From: Alphaproteobacteria bacterium
GTDB lineage: Bacteria; Pseudomonadota; Alphaproteobacteria; Bin95
Direction: 5' to 3'
Length of the DNA stretch: 64,000 nt
Assembly: GCA_963665325.3 (NCBI GenBank)
Contig: OZ224045.1
Location: 2,208,001-2,272,000, forward strand
The notes beneath the pieces are model-generated. The model saw only the letters and a program-made list of their open reading frames with translations. It did no database searches and had not been told where the DNA came from. Both the position numbers and the translations under genes were made by a program. Below, piece by piece: positions 1-10,249 of the stretch (the first letter of the stretch is position 1; the number at the start of each line of letters is the position of its first letter).

Positions 1-527
1 GAGGCGCCTGCCCGGATGCGCATGCCGAGCCGCGTCTTCGTGACCAGCACATAGAGCCCGGCGGCCACGGCAAGCCCGGCCCCGATAATCAGCAGCCGGT
101 AGGTCGGGAACACCAGCCCGCCCGGCAATATCTGCTGCCCGTCCGCCCAGGCCGGCAGGCGGATCGCCATGCCCTCCGGACCCCAGAGGATCTGCACCAG
201 GGCATCGAAGCAGAGAATGAGCCCGAAGGTGGCCAGCACATGGTCCAGATGGTCGCGGCGGTAGAGGCGGCGCACCACGAGAAGCTCGACCGCTGCGCCG
301 ACCAGTGCCGTAGCCGGCAGCGCAAGCGCCACCGCCAACAGGAAGGAGTCCGTCGCATCCGTCAGCGTGGCGCAGAAGTAGGCGCCCACCATGTAGAGCG
401 AGCCATGCGCCAGATTGACGAAGTCCATGATGCCGAAGATGAGCGTCAGCCCGGAGGCGAGCAGAAACAGCAGCACTCCGAGCTGAAGCCCGTTCAGCAG
501 TTGCGCAGCGACAAGACCCGCATCCAT
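1..527 (-). CDS. Branched-chain amino acid ABC transporter permease (LivH-like), 3' end outside window
   Basis: Not in the ORF track. Manual translation from ATG 527 gives MDAGLVAAQLLNGLQLGVLLFLLASGLTLIFGIMDFVNLAHGSLYMVGAY, the LivH signature. Lies directly downstream of an SBP gene. Confidence 0.9.
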   Translation of the reverse strand, partial: MDAGLVAAQLLNGLQLGVLLFLLASGLTLIFGIMDFVNLAHGSLYMVGAYFCATLTDATDSFLLAVALALPATALVGAAVELLVVRRLYRRDHLDHVLATFGLILCFDALVQILWGPEGMAIRLPAWADGQQILPGGLVFPTYRLLIIGAGLAVAAGLYVLVTKTRLGMRIRAGA

Positions 528-546
528 GGGCGGGCCGCCTTCTTCG

Positions 547-1731
547 CTACATCTTGCAGTCGGCGGCGTAAACGTCCTGGTGGTCCTTCAGCACGGTATC
601 GACCACCGTCGTTGTCCACACGCCGTCAGCGTCCTCCACCACCTGCCTCAGATAGAAGTTCTGAATCGGGAAGTGGTTGTTGCCGTAGCGGAAGGGCCCG
701 CGCACGGAGGGGAAGTCGGCCTTCTTCATGGCCGCGCGCATTCCGTCCATGTCGTCGAGATTGCCGCCGACGGCCTCGACCGCGCTCTTGATGAGGAAGA
801 TCGTGTCGTAGGACTGCGCGGCGTAGAAGGACGGGTAGCGCCCATAGGCCTTCTTGAAGCCCGAGACGAACTGCTTGTTCTGCGGCGTGTCGAGGTCGGG
901 GCCCCAGAACTGCGTGTTCAGCGAGCCGAGCACGCCGGTCATGGCCGCCTCCTGGAGCTTCGGCAGCGCGATCGAGTCGACGGTGAACACCGTATAGAGC
1001 GCAATTTCGTCCTGCAGGCCGGCCTGCTGGTACTGTTTGATGAAGGCGCCACCGGCCTTGCCGGGATAGAACACGAAGATCCCGTCCGCGCCGGAGGCCT
1101 TGGCCTTCGCCAGTTCGGCGGAGAAATCGAGCTGGGCGTCCTTGCCCCACTTGGTCATGTCCTTGCCGAGAATCTCACCTTTGAAGGTGCGCTCGACGCC
1201 GGAGACCATGTTCTTGCCGGCGGCGTAGTTGGGCGCCATCACGTAGAGCGATTTGACGCCCCGCTGGTTCAGGACCTCGCCCATCGCCATCGGCGTCTGG
1301 TCGTTCTGCCAGGAGGTGGAGAAGAAGTTCTCATGGCAGAGCTTGCCGGCGATCTGCGAGGGGCCGGCATTGGAGCTGATGAGGAACTTGCCGCCGTCCA
1401 GTGCGGACTTGCGCGAGGCCAGCAGCACATGGGACCAGATGAACCCGGCGACGAATTGCACATCGTCCTGCTTGACCAGCTTGTCGGTCTTCTGCTTGCC
1501 GGTCTCCGGCTTGAAACCGTCGTCCTCGATGATGAGCTCGACCTCGAGGCCGCCCATCTTGCCGCCGATGTCCTGCATCGCGAGATTGACGGCATCGACC
1601 ATGTCGCGCCCGATGACGCCCGCAGGCGTGGTGACCGTCGTGATGAAACCTATTTTCACCTTGTCGGCGCCGAAAGACGGCGACGCCAACAGCGCGGCGG
1701 CAGCCGCCAGCGCTAGCGCGGTTTTCTTCAT
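547..1731 (-). CDS. ABC transporter substrate-binding protein (LivK/aromatic-acid type)
   Basis: Signal peptide, VKIGFITT...IEDDGFKPE, SNAGPSQIAG, MAPNYAAG motifs. Confidence 0.9.
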   Translation of the reverse strand: MKKTALALAAAAALLASPSFGADKVKIGFITTVTTPAGVIGRDMVDAVNLAMQDIGGKMGGLEVELIIEDDGFKPETGKQKTDKLVKQDDVQFVAGFIWSHVLLASRKSALDGGKFLISSNAGPSQIAGKLCHENFFSTSWQNDQTPMAMGEVLNQRGVKSLYVMAPNYAAGKNMVSGVERTFKGEILGKDMTKWGKDAQLDFSAELAKAKASGADGIFVFYPGKAGGAFIKQYQQAGLQDEIALYTVFTVDSIALPKLQEAAMTGVLGSLNTQFWGPDLDTPQNKQFVSGFKKAYGRYPSFYAAQSYDTIFLIKSAVEAVGGNLDDMDGMRAAMKKADFPSVRGPFRYGNNHFPIQNFYLRQVVEDADGVWTTTVVDTVLKDHQDVYAADCKM

Positions 1732-1828
1732 GTCGTGAAACCTCCCCGGTATGGCGGCAGACCGCCGGACTGCCGTAATCTATCGCCTTTCCGCCCTGGA
1801 CGGAAACCGTTGCGGGGGCGGGTGGAGG

Positions 1829-3292
1829 TCAGCGCAAATAGCGCTCACTGACGTGGCGGAGGAAGGCGCCGGTGTCGAGCGGTCGCCCCGTCGCCTGCTC
1901 GACGAGGCCGTCCGAGGAGGCATCGAAGCAACCCCGGCTGTGCACTTTTCCCCTGAGCCAGCCCACCAGGGGCTTGAAATTGCCCTGCCCGATTTCCCAG
2001 TCGAGGCCGGGCAATGCCGCCCGCATGGCTTCTGCGAGTTGCGCGGCCATGAGCGCGCCGAGCGTGTATGTCGGGAAATATCCGAAAGAGCCGCCCGACC
2101 AGTGGATATCCTGCATGCAGCCTTCGCGGGGGCCCGGCGGGCGGATGTCGAGGAGGGACTCGACGGCATCGTCGAAGGCGTCGGGCAGGTCCGCCGGATC
2201 GAGCTCGCCCGAAATCAACGCGGTTTCGCAACGGTGGCGGACCGCGATATGCAGCGGATAGCTCACTTCGTCGGCCTCGACCCGGATTAGCCCCGGCTCG
2301 ACATGCGTAAGTACGCCGTAGAGCCTCTCCGGCTCCCACGCGCCTTCCGCACCGAATTCCTCTTGCAGCAGGCGCGCATAGTGGACAGCGAAGGCCCGCG
2401 AACGGCAGGCCTGCATCTCGATCGACAGCGACTGGCTTTCATGCGCCGTCATCCCCCGGTTCCGGCCGACAGGCTGCCGGGCCCAGTCCCCGGGCAGGCC
2501 GCGGGTATAGAGCGCGTGCCCACTCTCGTGCAGCACCCCCATCAGGGCTTCCCCCGGCGGCCCCGAATAACGGGTGGTGATACGCACATCGTCGCGCTCA
2601 CCCGTCGAAAACGGGTGCGCTGACTCGTCTAGCCGCACATGCCGCTCTTCGAGTCCCAGCATGGCCATCATCCGCCGGGCGAGTCGCTCGAGCCCGTCCC
2701 GCGGCCCCTCCGGCCCCGGGGGCTTCGGCCCGCCCCGGACCCTGTCGATCGCGCCTGGCAGGACCGCTTCCAGTTCCTCGAACATGGCCGTGACGTCTTC
2801 GTTGCGCCGGCCCGGGTCGTAGATGTCGAGCAGCGCATCATAGGGCGCAAGACCCCGCGCCTCGCCCTTGATCTGCGCTTCCTCCCGGGTGCGTTCCACA
2901 ACTTCGCGGAGTGCCGGCAGGAAAGCCGCGAAATCCCCTCGAGGTCGTGCCGCGTGCCACACTGCCTGCGCCCTCGAGACGGCCCGCGCCTTCGCTTCCA
3001 CCAGCTCCGCCGGCACAGCGACGGCAGCCCGGTGCTGGCGGCGCATTTCCCGCAGATTGGCCGCCTGCCAGGGCTCTTCCGTTTCAGCGGTCGCCAGCGC
3101 TTCGGCCGCCTCCGGCGCGATCAGCAGCTCGTGCGCGAGCCCGCCGAGAGTGGCCAGCTGATGCCCCCGCGAGGCCTCGCCTCCGGGCGGCCCGTAGGTC
3201 AACGAATACCAGCGCACCGTTCGCGCAGCCGCATTGAGGTCGGCGATGCGCGCAAAACGACGCTCCAGCTGTTCATAGCTCCCGTTATTCAT
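1829..3292 (-). CDS. Carboxypeptidase M32 (Taq-type)
   Basis: HESGH zinc motif, HESQS, IRVEADE, GCMQDIHW, FGYFPTYTLG. Confidence 0.93.
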   Translation of the reverse strand: MNNGSYEQLERRFARIADLNAAARTVRWYSLTYGPPGGEASRGHQLATLGGLAHELLIAPEAAEALATAETEEPWQAANLREMRRQHRAAVAVPAELVEAKARAVSRAQAVWHAARPRGDFAAFLPALREVVERTREEAQIKGEARGLAPYDALLDIYDPGRRNEDVTAMFEELEAVLPGAIDRVRGGPKPPGPEGPRDGLERLARRMMAMLGLEERHVRLDESAHPFSTGERDDVRITTRYSGPPGEALMGVLHESGHALYTRGLPGDWARQPVGRNRGMTAHESQSLSIEMQACRSRAFAVHYARLLQEEFGAEGAWEPERLYGVLTHVEPGLIRVEADEVSYPLHIAVRHRCETALISGELDPADLPDAFDDAVESLLDIRPPGPREGCMQDIHWSGGSFGYFPTYTLGALMAAQLAEAMRAALPGLDWEIGQGNFKPLVGWLRGKVHSRGCFDASSDGLVEQATGRPLDTGAFLRHVSERYLR

Positions 3293-3426
3293 CCGGACCC
3301 CCCCCGTTCCGCAAACCCTGTGCGGGATGTCTGCAATACATCCCGGAAGACCGCGGCGGCAAGGCTACCGAAACGTCGTTCAGCCTGCTTGACGCGTTCG
3401 ACGGCTAGCTGCCGGGACACTCCGTG

Positions 3427-4269
3427 TCAGCCGGGCCCGTCGCGACGGTTGATCGCATAGTCTCCCGCGCCGCGCCGCAGGGGCTGCGTCAGCATCCTGT
3501 GCAGGTGCAGCTCTCGGCGCTCCCGGAACGTGTCGAGGCCGATCGTCATGCGCTCGTGCCCGAGACCCGGCTGCGCCCGGTAGGTGCCGAACAGGCGGTC
3601 CCACCAGGGCAGGTTGAAGCCGAAATTGCTGTTGGTCTCGGCCGGGGCGTCGGAATGGTGCACACGGTGCATGTCCGGCGTCACGACGATCCAGCGCAGC
3701 GCGCGGTCCAGCCGGGCCGGCAGCCGCACATTGCCGTGGTTGAACATCGAGGTCCCGTTCAACAGGACTTCAAAAACGAGCACCGCGACCGCCGGCGGGC
3801 CGAGAAGGGCGACCGCCGCTATCTTGATCGCTACCGACACGAGAATCTCGACAGGATGGAACCGCGCTCCGGTGGTCACGTCGAAATCGAGATCGGCATG
3901 GTGCATGCGATGCAGCCGCCACAGCGCGGGCACCGCGTGGAACATCACATGCTGGAGGTAGATCGCGAGGTCGAGGACAACGACCGCCAGCACGATTTCC
4001 AGCCAGAAAGGCAGCTCGACAAGGTTGAGAATGCCCCAGCCGCGGATTCCGGCGATTACGGCCAGCGCGACCGGGGCCAGAGGGACGAGAACCCATACCA
4101 GCGCCGTATTCAGCGCCGCCGCGCCCAGATTGGCATACCAGCGCAACCAGCGCGGCTGGGACAGCCGTCTGCGGGGTCGGGCCAGTTCCCACAGCGCAAT
4201 GAGAGCGAAGACGCCAAGGAAGAACCCCAGCCGGATCGCCTGTTCGCCGGTATCGAAAAGCTCCGGCAT
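3427..4269 (-). CDS. Sterol desaturase / fatty acid hydroxylase family membrane protein
   Basis: His boxes HVMFH, HRMHH, FNHGN, HRVHH; NFGFNLPWWDRLFGTY. Confidence 0.9.
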   Translation of the reverse strand: MPELFDTGEQAIRLGFFLGVFALIALWELARPRRRLSQPRWLRWYANLGAAALNTALVWVLVPLAPVALAVIAGIRGWGILNLVELPFWLEIVLAVVVLDLAIYLQHVMFHAVPALWRLHRMHHADLDFDVTTGARFHPVEILVSVAIKIAAVALLGPPAVAVLVFEVLLNGTSMFNHGNVRLPARLDRALRWIVVTPDMHRVHHSDAPAETNSNFGFNLPWWDRLFGTYRAQPGLGHERMTIGLDTFRERRELHLHRMLTQPLRRGAGDYAINRRDGPG

Positions 4270-4374
4270 TCCCCGACCCCGACAAGCGGTTGACGCGCCG
4301 GCGGCCCCACATCGCTACCCGCGCACTGTACGCGACTCAGGGTATCAGACGGGCCGGCCCTGCACGATGGCCGG

Positions 4375-5631
4375 TCAGCCCACCGGCCTGCCCTCCGCGT
4401 CGAAGCGGTTGGGAGCGGGATCCACGATGCGGGGGCCGTCGGGGGCGATTTCGAATACGGCCAGCGCCCTCTGGACCGCGCCGTCGGGCCGGAAACGGAA
4501 GAAGCCGCCGGCGCCGAAAAATCCGTCCGGGGCGGTGAGCGCGGCCATGTCGAGCACAGCCGAGCGCCGGTCTTCCGCCAGCAGCGCGGCGATTGCGGTC
4601 GCATCGTAGGCAAGCCCGGCCAGACGGGGCGCCGCCGCGCCGTACGCGGCCATGTAGCGCCGGGCGAAGAGGTCGAATGCTTCCGGCGGCGGACCCGCGT
4701 ACCAGGCTCCGGCAAGGCTCGGCTCGTCGAGCGGGAGCCGGTCGGGCCGGACGCCCGCCGCGAGATATCGAACCTGCTTCGGGTCGACGCCGTGGAAGGC
4801 GAGCAGAGCCGCTGTCGAGCGCAAGGCCTCTCCTTCGGCCGCGATCAGCACGGCGTCGAAAGGCGGGGGCCGCTCGTCCGTCTCCGGCGTGCGCTTGACC
4901 GGAGCGCCGGCGAATATTCGGACGCGCTCGGAAAGCGCCTTCGCGTCGAGGCCGGCGGAGAGGAAACCGCGCCGGACTACGACGGCGCCGTGTTTGCCGG
5001 CAGCGCGCCCGGCGGCCTCGGCGGTATAACGGCCGAACCCCGTATCGTAAGCCAGCAGGCCCAGCCGCCTCCGGCCCTCCGCAACGGTGTGACCGATCAG
5101 GCGTTCCACCTCTTCCTCCGGCGGCAGGCCGAACAGCCAGACGCCCTGTCGGAGGGCCGTGCGGTCATTCGAGAAGGCGAAGACAGGCAGGTTCTGCGCC
5201 CGCGCCGCCTCGGCTGCCGCCGAGACATTCGACCCGAAAATCGGCCCGAGCAGGACTCCGGCACCGCGCTCCACAGACTGGCGCGCTGCCTCCGCAGCAC
5301 CCGCCCGATTGCCGGCGGTATCCATCGGCATCAGCACGAAGTCCTCGCCGGCGGCGTCGTACAAGGCCAGCTGGGCGGCGTTCAGCATCGCCGCACCGAG
5401 CTCTGCATGGCGGCCCGAAAACGGGGACAGCAGGGCGGCGCGAAAAACCGCCGGCGAAGAAGGTGCGGCTGCCGGCGCTTGCGGCGTCGGCGCAGCCGGC
5501 GGGGCGACCTTGACGGGCGCTTTCGCCGGAGGTCTCGGCGGGCTAGGCTCACCTGTTCCCGAAGGCTGGCAGGCGACCAGCCCCATGCCAAGCAGCGCGA
5601 AAGAGGCGTAACGCCAGGATGCCGTGTTCAC
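4375..5631 (-). CDS. Penicillin-binding protein activator LpoA/LppC-like lipoprotein (start approximate)
   Basis: Lipobox LVAC, Pro/Ala-rich linker, PBP-type fold motifs (ALLSPFSG, LLGPIF, RLAGLAYDA). Divergent from rsmI, the usual context. Confidence 0.8.
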   Translation of the reverse strand: MNTASWRYASFALLGMGLVACQPSGTGEPSPPRPPAKAPVKVAPPAAPTPQAPAAAPSSPAVFRAALLSPFSGRHAELGAAMLNAAQLALYDAAGEDFVLMPMDTAGNRAGAAEAARQSVERGAGVLLGPIFGSNVSAAAEAARAQNLPVFAFSNDRTALRQGVWLFGLPPEEEVERLIGHTVAEGRRRLGLLAYDTGFGRYTAEAAGRAAGKHGAVVVRRGFLSAGLDAKALSERVRIFAGAPVKRTPETDERPPPFDAVLIAAEGEALRSTAALLAFHGVDPKQVRYLAAGVRPDRLPLDEPSLAGAWYAGPPPEAFDLFARRYMAAYGAAAPRLAGLAYDATAIAALLAEDRRSAVLDMAALTAPDGFFGAGGFFRFRPDGAVQRALAVFEIAPDGPRIVDPAPNRFDAEGRPVG

Positions 5632-6539
5632 GACCCGTCTCCGACGGTGCAATCGGGCGCGAAGCTAATCCTCCCGGCCCGGCGCGTAAAGCGCATGATG
5701 ACAGGGCGCTGGCGCCGGCGCTCTATCTGGTGGCAACGCCCATCGGCAATGCCCGCGACATCACCTTGCGTGCCCTCGACATTCTGGCGGCGGCGGACCT
5801 GGTCGCCTGCGAGGATACGAGGGTGACCCGGCGCCTGCTGGAAATCCACGGACTGAAAGCGCGCCTAGTCGCCTATCACGATCACAATGCGGAGCGGGTG
5901 CGGCCCAGACTGATAGCCGCAATCCAGGCGGGACAGGCGGTGGCGTTGGCGAGCGATGCCGGGATGCCGCTCGTCTCGGACCCCGGCTTCGGCCTCGTGC
6001 GCGCGGTCCGGGCGGAGGGTCTCGCCGTGACTTCGGCACCAGGGGCGAATGCGGCGCTGACGGCGCTCCAATTGTCGGGCCTCGCGCCGGACCGGTTCGC
6101 ATTCCTGGGGTTCCTGCCGGCGCGGGAGGCGGCGCGCCGGCGGGCGCTCGCGCCTTGGGCCGGTGGGCCGGGGACTCTGCTCGTCTATGAGGCGGGGACG
6201 CGGCTCGCGGCCAGTCTCGCCGATATGGCGGCGGTGCTGGGCGCGCGCGAGGCAGCGGTCGCCCGGGAGCTGACCAAACGCTATGAGGAGGTTGTGCGCG
6301 GCAGGCTCGACGAACTTGCGGCGCGCTATGCGGAAGCCGGGCCGCCAAAAGGCGAAATCGTCATCGTCGTCGGGCCGCCCGCCGAGGCGGAGCCGATGGA
6401 AGTCTCCGACATGCAGCTGGCCGAGCGGATCGCCGCTCTCGGCCTCTCGCGGGCTGCCGGCGAACTGGCGGCGGTTTCCGGCCGGTCCCGCCGCGATCTT
6501 TACCGGCGGGGACTCGAACTGCTTGCCCGAAACGGGTGA
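5619..6539 (+). CDS. rsmI: 16S rRNA (cytidine1402-2'-O)-methyltransferase (true start may be downstream)
   Basis: LYLVATPIGN, ACEDTRVT, SDAGMPLVSDPG, ARELTKRYEE, PKGEIV. Confidence 0.95.
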   Translation: MPCSRPVSDGAIGREANPPGPARKAHDDRALAPALYLVATPIGNARDITLRALDILAAADLVACEDTRVTRRLLEIHGLKARLVAYHDHNAERVRPRLIAAIQAGQAVALASDAGMPLVSDPGFGLVRAVRAEGLAVTSAPGANAALTALQLSGLAPDRFAFLGFLPAREAARRRALAPWAGGPGTLLVYEAGTRLAASLADMAAVLGAREAAVARELTKRYEEVVRGRLDELAARYAEAGPPKGEIVIVVGPPAEAEPMEVSDMQLAERIAALGLSRAAGELAAVSGRSRRDLYRRGLELLARNG

Positions 6540-6900
6540 CAGCCGCGGCCGGCGGGCCGAGCGGATCGCTGCCTGGCGGCTGCGTCTGGCAGGATACCGC
6601 CTGCTGGCGCGACGTTACCGTACGCCGGTGGGCGAGATAGACCTTGTCGCGCGCCGCGGCCGGCGGCTGGTCATGGTCGAGGTCAAGGCGCGGCCGACCG
6701 AGGCCTTGGCGCGGCAGGCCGTACCGGAACGCCAGCGCCGCCGCATCGAGATGGCTGCACGGCGCTTCTTGGCGGCAAACCCACGATACCGGGACTACGC
6801 CGTCAGGTTCGATGTCATCGCCGTGGTGCCGGGGCGGCTGCCTATCGTGATTCCGGATGCCTGGAGGGATGGGGACGGCCGCAGGCATCGGGTCGCATGA
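6523..6900 (+). CDS. yraN: YraN family (UPF0102) PD-(D/E)XK nuclease
   Basis: GRRAE..A...L...GY, GEIDLVAR, VEVKAR, RFDVIAV. Probable TTG start overlapping the rsmI end. Confidence 0.9.
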   Translation: MPETGDSRGRRAERIAAWRLRLAGYRLLARRYRTPVGEIDLVARRGRRLVMVEVKARPTEALARQAVPERQRRRIEMAARRFLAANPRYRDYAVRFDVIAVVPGRLPIVIPDAWRDGDGRRHRVA

Positions 6901-7676
6901 GTGCGGCCGAAGACAGGCTGCGCGAGATCGGCGTGCTCGGCGATGCGCCGCTCGACATCGGCGAGGCCGCCCTGCTGCTCGGGTCCTTCGACCGTCCCGG
7001 CGTCCCGCTCGACCGATACCGTGCGCATTTCGATGAATTGGCCGAAGCGGCCGGGAACCCGGACCGGCTCGCCTCCACGCTGGGAGGTGCGTTCGGCTAT
7101 ACGGGAGATCGGGCGACCTATGACGACCTGCAGAACGCCAATCTCCTGCGCGTGATCGACCGGCGCAGGGGCCTGCCGGTCGCGCTCGGCATTCTCTATA
7201 TGGCGGTGGGCCGCCGGCTCGGCGCGCATGTCGAGGGACTGGACTTTCCGGGCCATTTCCTCATCCGGGTAGACCGGGCGGAGATCGTGGACCCCTTCGA
7301 GCGAGGCGAGAACCGCGAGCCGCCGGCGCTCAGGCAGATGCTGAAGGCGGCATACGGCCCTTCGGCCGAGCTGGAAACGGCCCATTTCCGCGTGGCGACG
7401 GACCGTGGCGTGTTGCTGAGGCTGCAGAACAATATCCGCCTCCGGCTTGCCCGGCGCCGGCAGTTCGAGGCTGCGCTCGACGTGCTGGAGCGCATGACAT
7501 GGATCGCGCCCGGCCTGGCGGAACTGGTACGCGAGCGCGCGATGCTGGAGGCCGCGCTCGGCCGTTTCAAGGGCGCGATCGAGAGTCTGGAGCGCTATAT
7601 CGGGATGGAGCGCGCCGACGGTCCTCGCCTCGAGGCCGCAGCCCTTCTGCAACGCTTCCGCGCCCGCCTCCACTGA
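6897..7676 (+). CDS. SirB1/transglutaminase-like domain protein with C-terminal TPR
   Basis: YDDLQNANL..VIDRRRGLPVALGILY, GLDFPGHFLIR, VDPF, RLQNNIR. ATGA overlap with yraN. Confidence 0.85.
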   Translation: MSAAEDRLREIGVLGDAPLDIGEAALLLGSFDRPGVPLDRYRAHFDELAEAAGNPDRLASTLGGAFGYTGDRATYDDLQNANLLRVIDRRRGLPVALGILYMAVGRRLGAHVEGLDFPGHFLIRVDRAEIVDPFERGENREPPALRQMLKAAYGPSAELETAHFRVATDRGVLLRLQNNIRLRLARRRQFEAALDVLERMTWIAPGLAELVRERAMLEAALGRFKGAIESLERYIGMERADGPRLEAAALLQRFRARLH

Positions 7677-7761
7677 TCGAACCCCGCGCCATCGTGCGCA
7701 GCGGAGTCGGGCGCGATATGATGCGCTCGCGTTCCGCATTTCCCGACCGGATTCCTGACCC

Positions 7762-8730
7762 ATGACTCTCGCCGTCGCCGTTCAGATGGACCCTATCGAG
7801 AGCGTCGATATCGACGCCGATAGCACCTTTGCGCTCTGCCTGGAGGCCCAGGCTCGCGACTATTCGCTGTTCCACTACCTGCCGGATGCCCTTGTCTTCC
7901 GGGACGGGCGGCTGACGGCGCGCGGCCGGCCGATGACGCTGCGGCGGGAGAAGGGCCGCCATGCCGCGCTCGGCGCGCCCGAGACGGTGGACCTCGCGGG
8001 TGTCGATGTCGTGATGATGCGCCAGGACCCGCCCTTTGACATGGCCTACATCACCGCGACGCACCTGCTGGAGCACATCCACCCCGGGACGCTGGTGGTC
8101 AACGACCCGGCCTCGGTCCGCAATGCGCCGGAGAAGCTGTTCGTCACCCATTTCGAAGGCGTGATGCCGCCGACCCTGATTACCCGCGACGAGGCCGAGA
8201 TCGCGGCCTTTCGCGAGGAGCACCGCGACATCATCCTCAAGCCGCTGTTCGGCAATGGCGGCGCCGGTGTCTTCCACCTGCGCGAGGACGACGAAAACCT
8301 GAACTCGCTGCTGGAGATGTTTCTGACGTCTTCGAGGGACCCCATTATCGCCCAGCGCTACCTGCCGGAAGTGCGGGAAGGCGACAAGCGCATCATCCTT
8401 GTGGAGGGCGAGGCGGTCGGCGCCATCAACCGCATTCCGGCGGCGGGTGAGTCGCGCGCGAACATGCATGTCGGCGGCAAGGCGGTGCAGAGCGCCCTGA
8501 CGCCCCGCGAGGTCGAAATCTGCGAAACCATCGGCCCGGCGCTGCGCGAACGCGGACTGACCTTCGTCGGCATCGATGTCATCGGCGACTATCTCACCGA
8601 GATCAACGTCACCTCGCCCACCGGGATTCAGGAGATCGAGCGCTTCGACGGCGTGCGGATCGCGGCGCTTATCTGGGATGCAGTCGAGGGGCGTCTGGCC
8701 GCGAAGGACGGTGCGGGGCCAGCGCAGTGA
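7762..8730 (+). CDS. gshB: Glutathione synthetase
   Basis: [41 protein letters not shown]. Confidence 0.97.
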   Translation: MTLAVAVQMDPIESVDIDADSTFALCLEAQARDYSLFHYLPDALVFRDGRLTARGRPMTLRREKGRHAALGAPETVDLAGVDVVMMRQDPPFDMAYITATHLLEHIHPGTLVVNDPASVRNAPEKLFVTHFEGVMPPTLITRDEAEIAAFREEHRDIILKPLFGNGGAGVFHLREDDENLNSLLEMFLTSSRDPIIAQRYLPEVREGDKRIILVEGEAVGAINRIPAAGESRANMHVGGKAVQSALTPREVEICETIGPALRERGLTFVGIDVIGDYLTEINVTSPTGIQEIERFDGVRIAALIWDAVEGRLAAKDGAGPAQ

Positions 8731-10241
8731 GCGGCCGCCCGGCGGTCGCACATGTCGCGACGGTCGCCTTCGACGGCATCGAGGTGCGCGAAGTCGATGT
8801 GCAGGTGCATCTGGGAAGCGGCCTTGCAGCGTTCAACGTCGTCGGACTGCCGGACAAGGCGGTGGCTGAAAGCCGCGAGCGGGTGAGGGCGGCGCTCGCC
8901 GCCATTGGCCTCGGCCTGCCGGCGGAGCGGATCACCGTCAATCTCGCGCCGGCGGACCTGCAGAAGGAAGGCAGCCATTTTGACCTGCCTATCGCGCTTG
9001 GCCTGCTGGCGGCGATGGGGGCCGTGCCGCAGGAGGATATCGACAACCGTATCGCGCTGGGCGAACTCGGCCTCGACGGCGCGCTTACCGCGGTCGCCGG
9101 CGTACTGTCGGCCGCCATGGCGGCCGTCGAATCGCACAGGGCCCTGGTATGCCCGGCGGGCAACGGGCCGGAAGCCGCCTGGGCGGGCGACCTCGAAGTG
9201 CTGGCGCCGAAGACGTTGCTGGCCTTACTGAACCATTTCCGGGGACGGCAGCTGCTGACGCCGCCCGAGCCCGGCGATATCGCTCTGGAACCGGACGGGC
9301 TGGACCTCCACGACATCAAGGGACAGGAGACCGCCAAGCGGGCGCTGGAGATCGCCGCGGCCGGCAGCCACAACCTGCTGCTGTCGGGACCGCCGGGAGC
9401 CGGCAAGTCGATGCTGGCGGCGCGCCTCCCCGGCGTGCTGCCGGCGCTCGAGCCGGCCGAGGCGCTCGAGGTGTCGAGGATCCACAGCGCCGCCGGCGCC
9501 CTGAGCGAGGGACGAATTCCGCGCCGGCGTCCGTTCCGGGACCCGCACCACTCCTCTTCGATGACGGCGCTGGTCGGCGGCGGGCAACGCGCTGCGCCCG
9601 GGGAGATTTCGCTCGCGCATCGGGGCGTGCTGTTCCTCGACGAATTGCCCGAGTTCACGCGCCCCGCGCTGGAGGCGCTCCGTCAGCCGATGGAGGTCGG
9701 CAGGGTCGCGATCGCGCGTGCCAACCGCCATGTCGTCTATCCGGCCCGCTTCCAGCTCATAGCGGCAATGAACCCCTGCCGCTGCGGCCATATCGACGAG
9801 CCGGACCGCGCCTGCAATCGCGCGCCGCGCTGCGCGGCGGACTACCGCCGCCGCCTGTCTGGCCCTTTGCTGGACCGCTTCGACCTGTTTGTGGACGTAC
9901 CGCGGGTTGCGGCCGCGGACCTGGCGTTGCCGCCGCCGGCCGAGAGCAGCCGGCACGTCGCCGCCCGCGTCGCGGAGGCGCGCGGCAGGCAGGCGGCGCG
10001 CTATGGAGAGCCGTCCCTGAACGGAGACATCGACGGTGCACGGCTCGTCGAGGCGGCGGCCCCGGACGAGGCGGGCGTATCCCTTCTGCAAAGCGCGACG
10101 GAGCGCCTGCGGCTCTCGGCGCGGGGCTACCACCGCGTGCTCCGCGTGGCGCGCACCCTCGCCGATATGGATGCAAAGGACCGGGTGGGCCGCTTGCATA
10201 TCGCGGAGGCGCTGAGCTATCGCCAGGGACTGGCGGGCTGA
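8727..10241 (+). CDS. comM: ComM/YifB family Mg-chelatase-like AAA+ helicase
   Basis: [57 protein letters not shown]. Confidence 0.93.
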   Translation: MSGRPAVAHVATVAFDGIEVREVDVQVHLGSGLAAFNVVGLPDKAVAESRERVRAALAAIGLGLPAERITVNLAPADLQKEGSHFDLPIALGLLAAMGAVPQEDIDNRIALGELGLDGALTAVAGVLSAAMAAVESHRALVCPAGNGPEAAWAGDLEVLAPKTLLALLNHFRGRQLLTPPEPGDIALEPDGLDLHDIKGQETAKRALEIAAAGSHNLLLSGPPGAGKSMLAARLPGVLPALEPAEALEVSRIHSAAGALSEGRIPRRRPFRDPHHSSSMTALVGGGQRAAPGEISLAHRGVLFLDELPEFTRPALEALRQPMEVGRVAIARANRHVVYPARFQLIAAMNPCRCGHIDEPDRACNRAPRCAADYRRRLSGPLLDRFDLFVDVPRVAAADLALPPPAESSRHVAARVAEARGRQAARYGEPSLNGDIDGARLVEAAAPDEAGVSLLQSATERLRLSARGYHRVLRVARTLADMDAKDRVGRLHIAEALSYRQGLAG

Positions 10242-10249
10242 CGGCCCTC

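Noticed and set aside
526-1716. Long antisense ORFs mirroring real genes (also 12619-13968, 24232-26316, 28124-29530, 32333-33964, 47214-48836, 57198-58979)
   Set aside because: Expected shadow ORFs of high-GC3 coding sequence; no recognisable motifs and fully overlapping well-supported genes.
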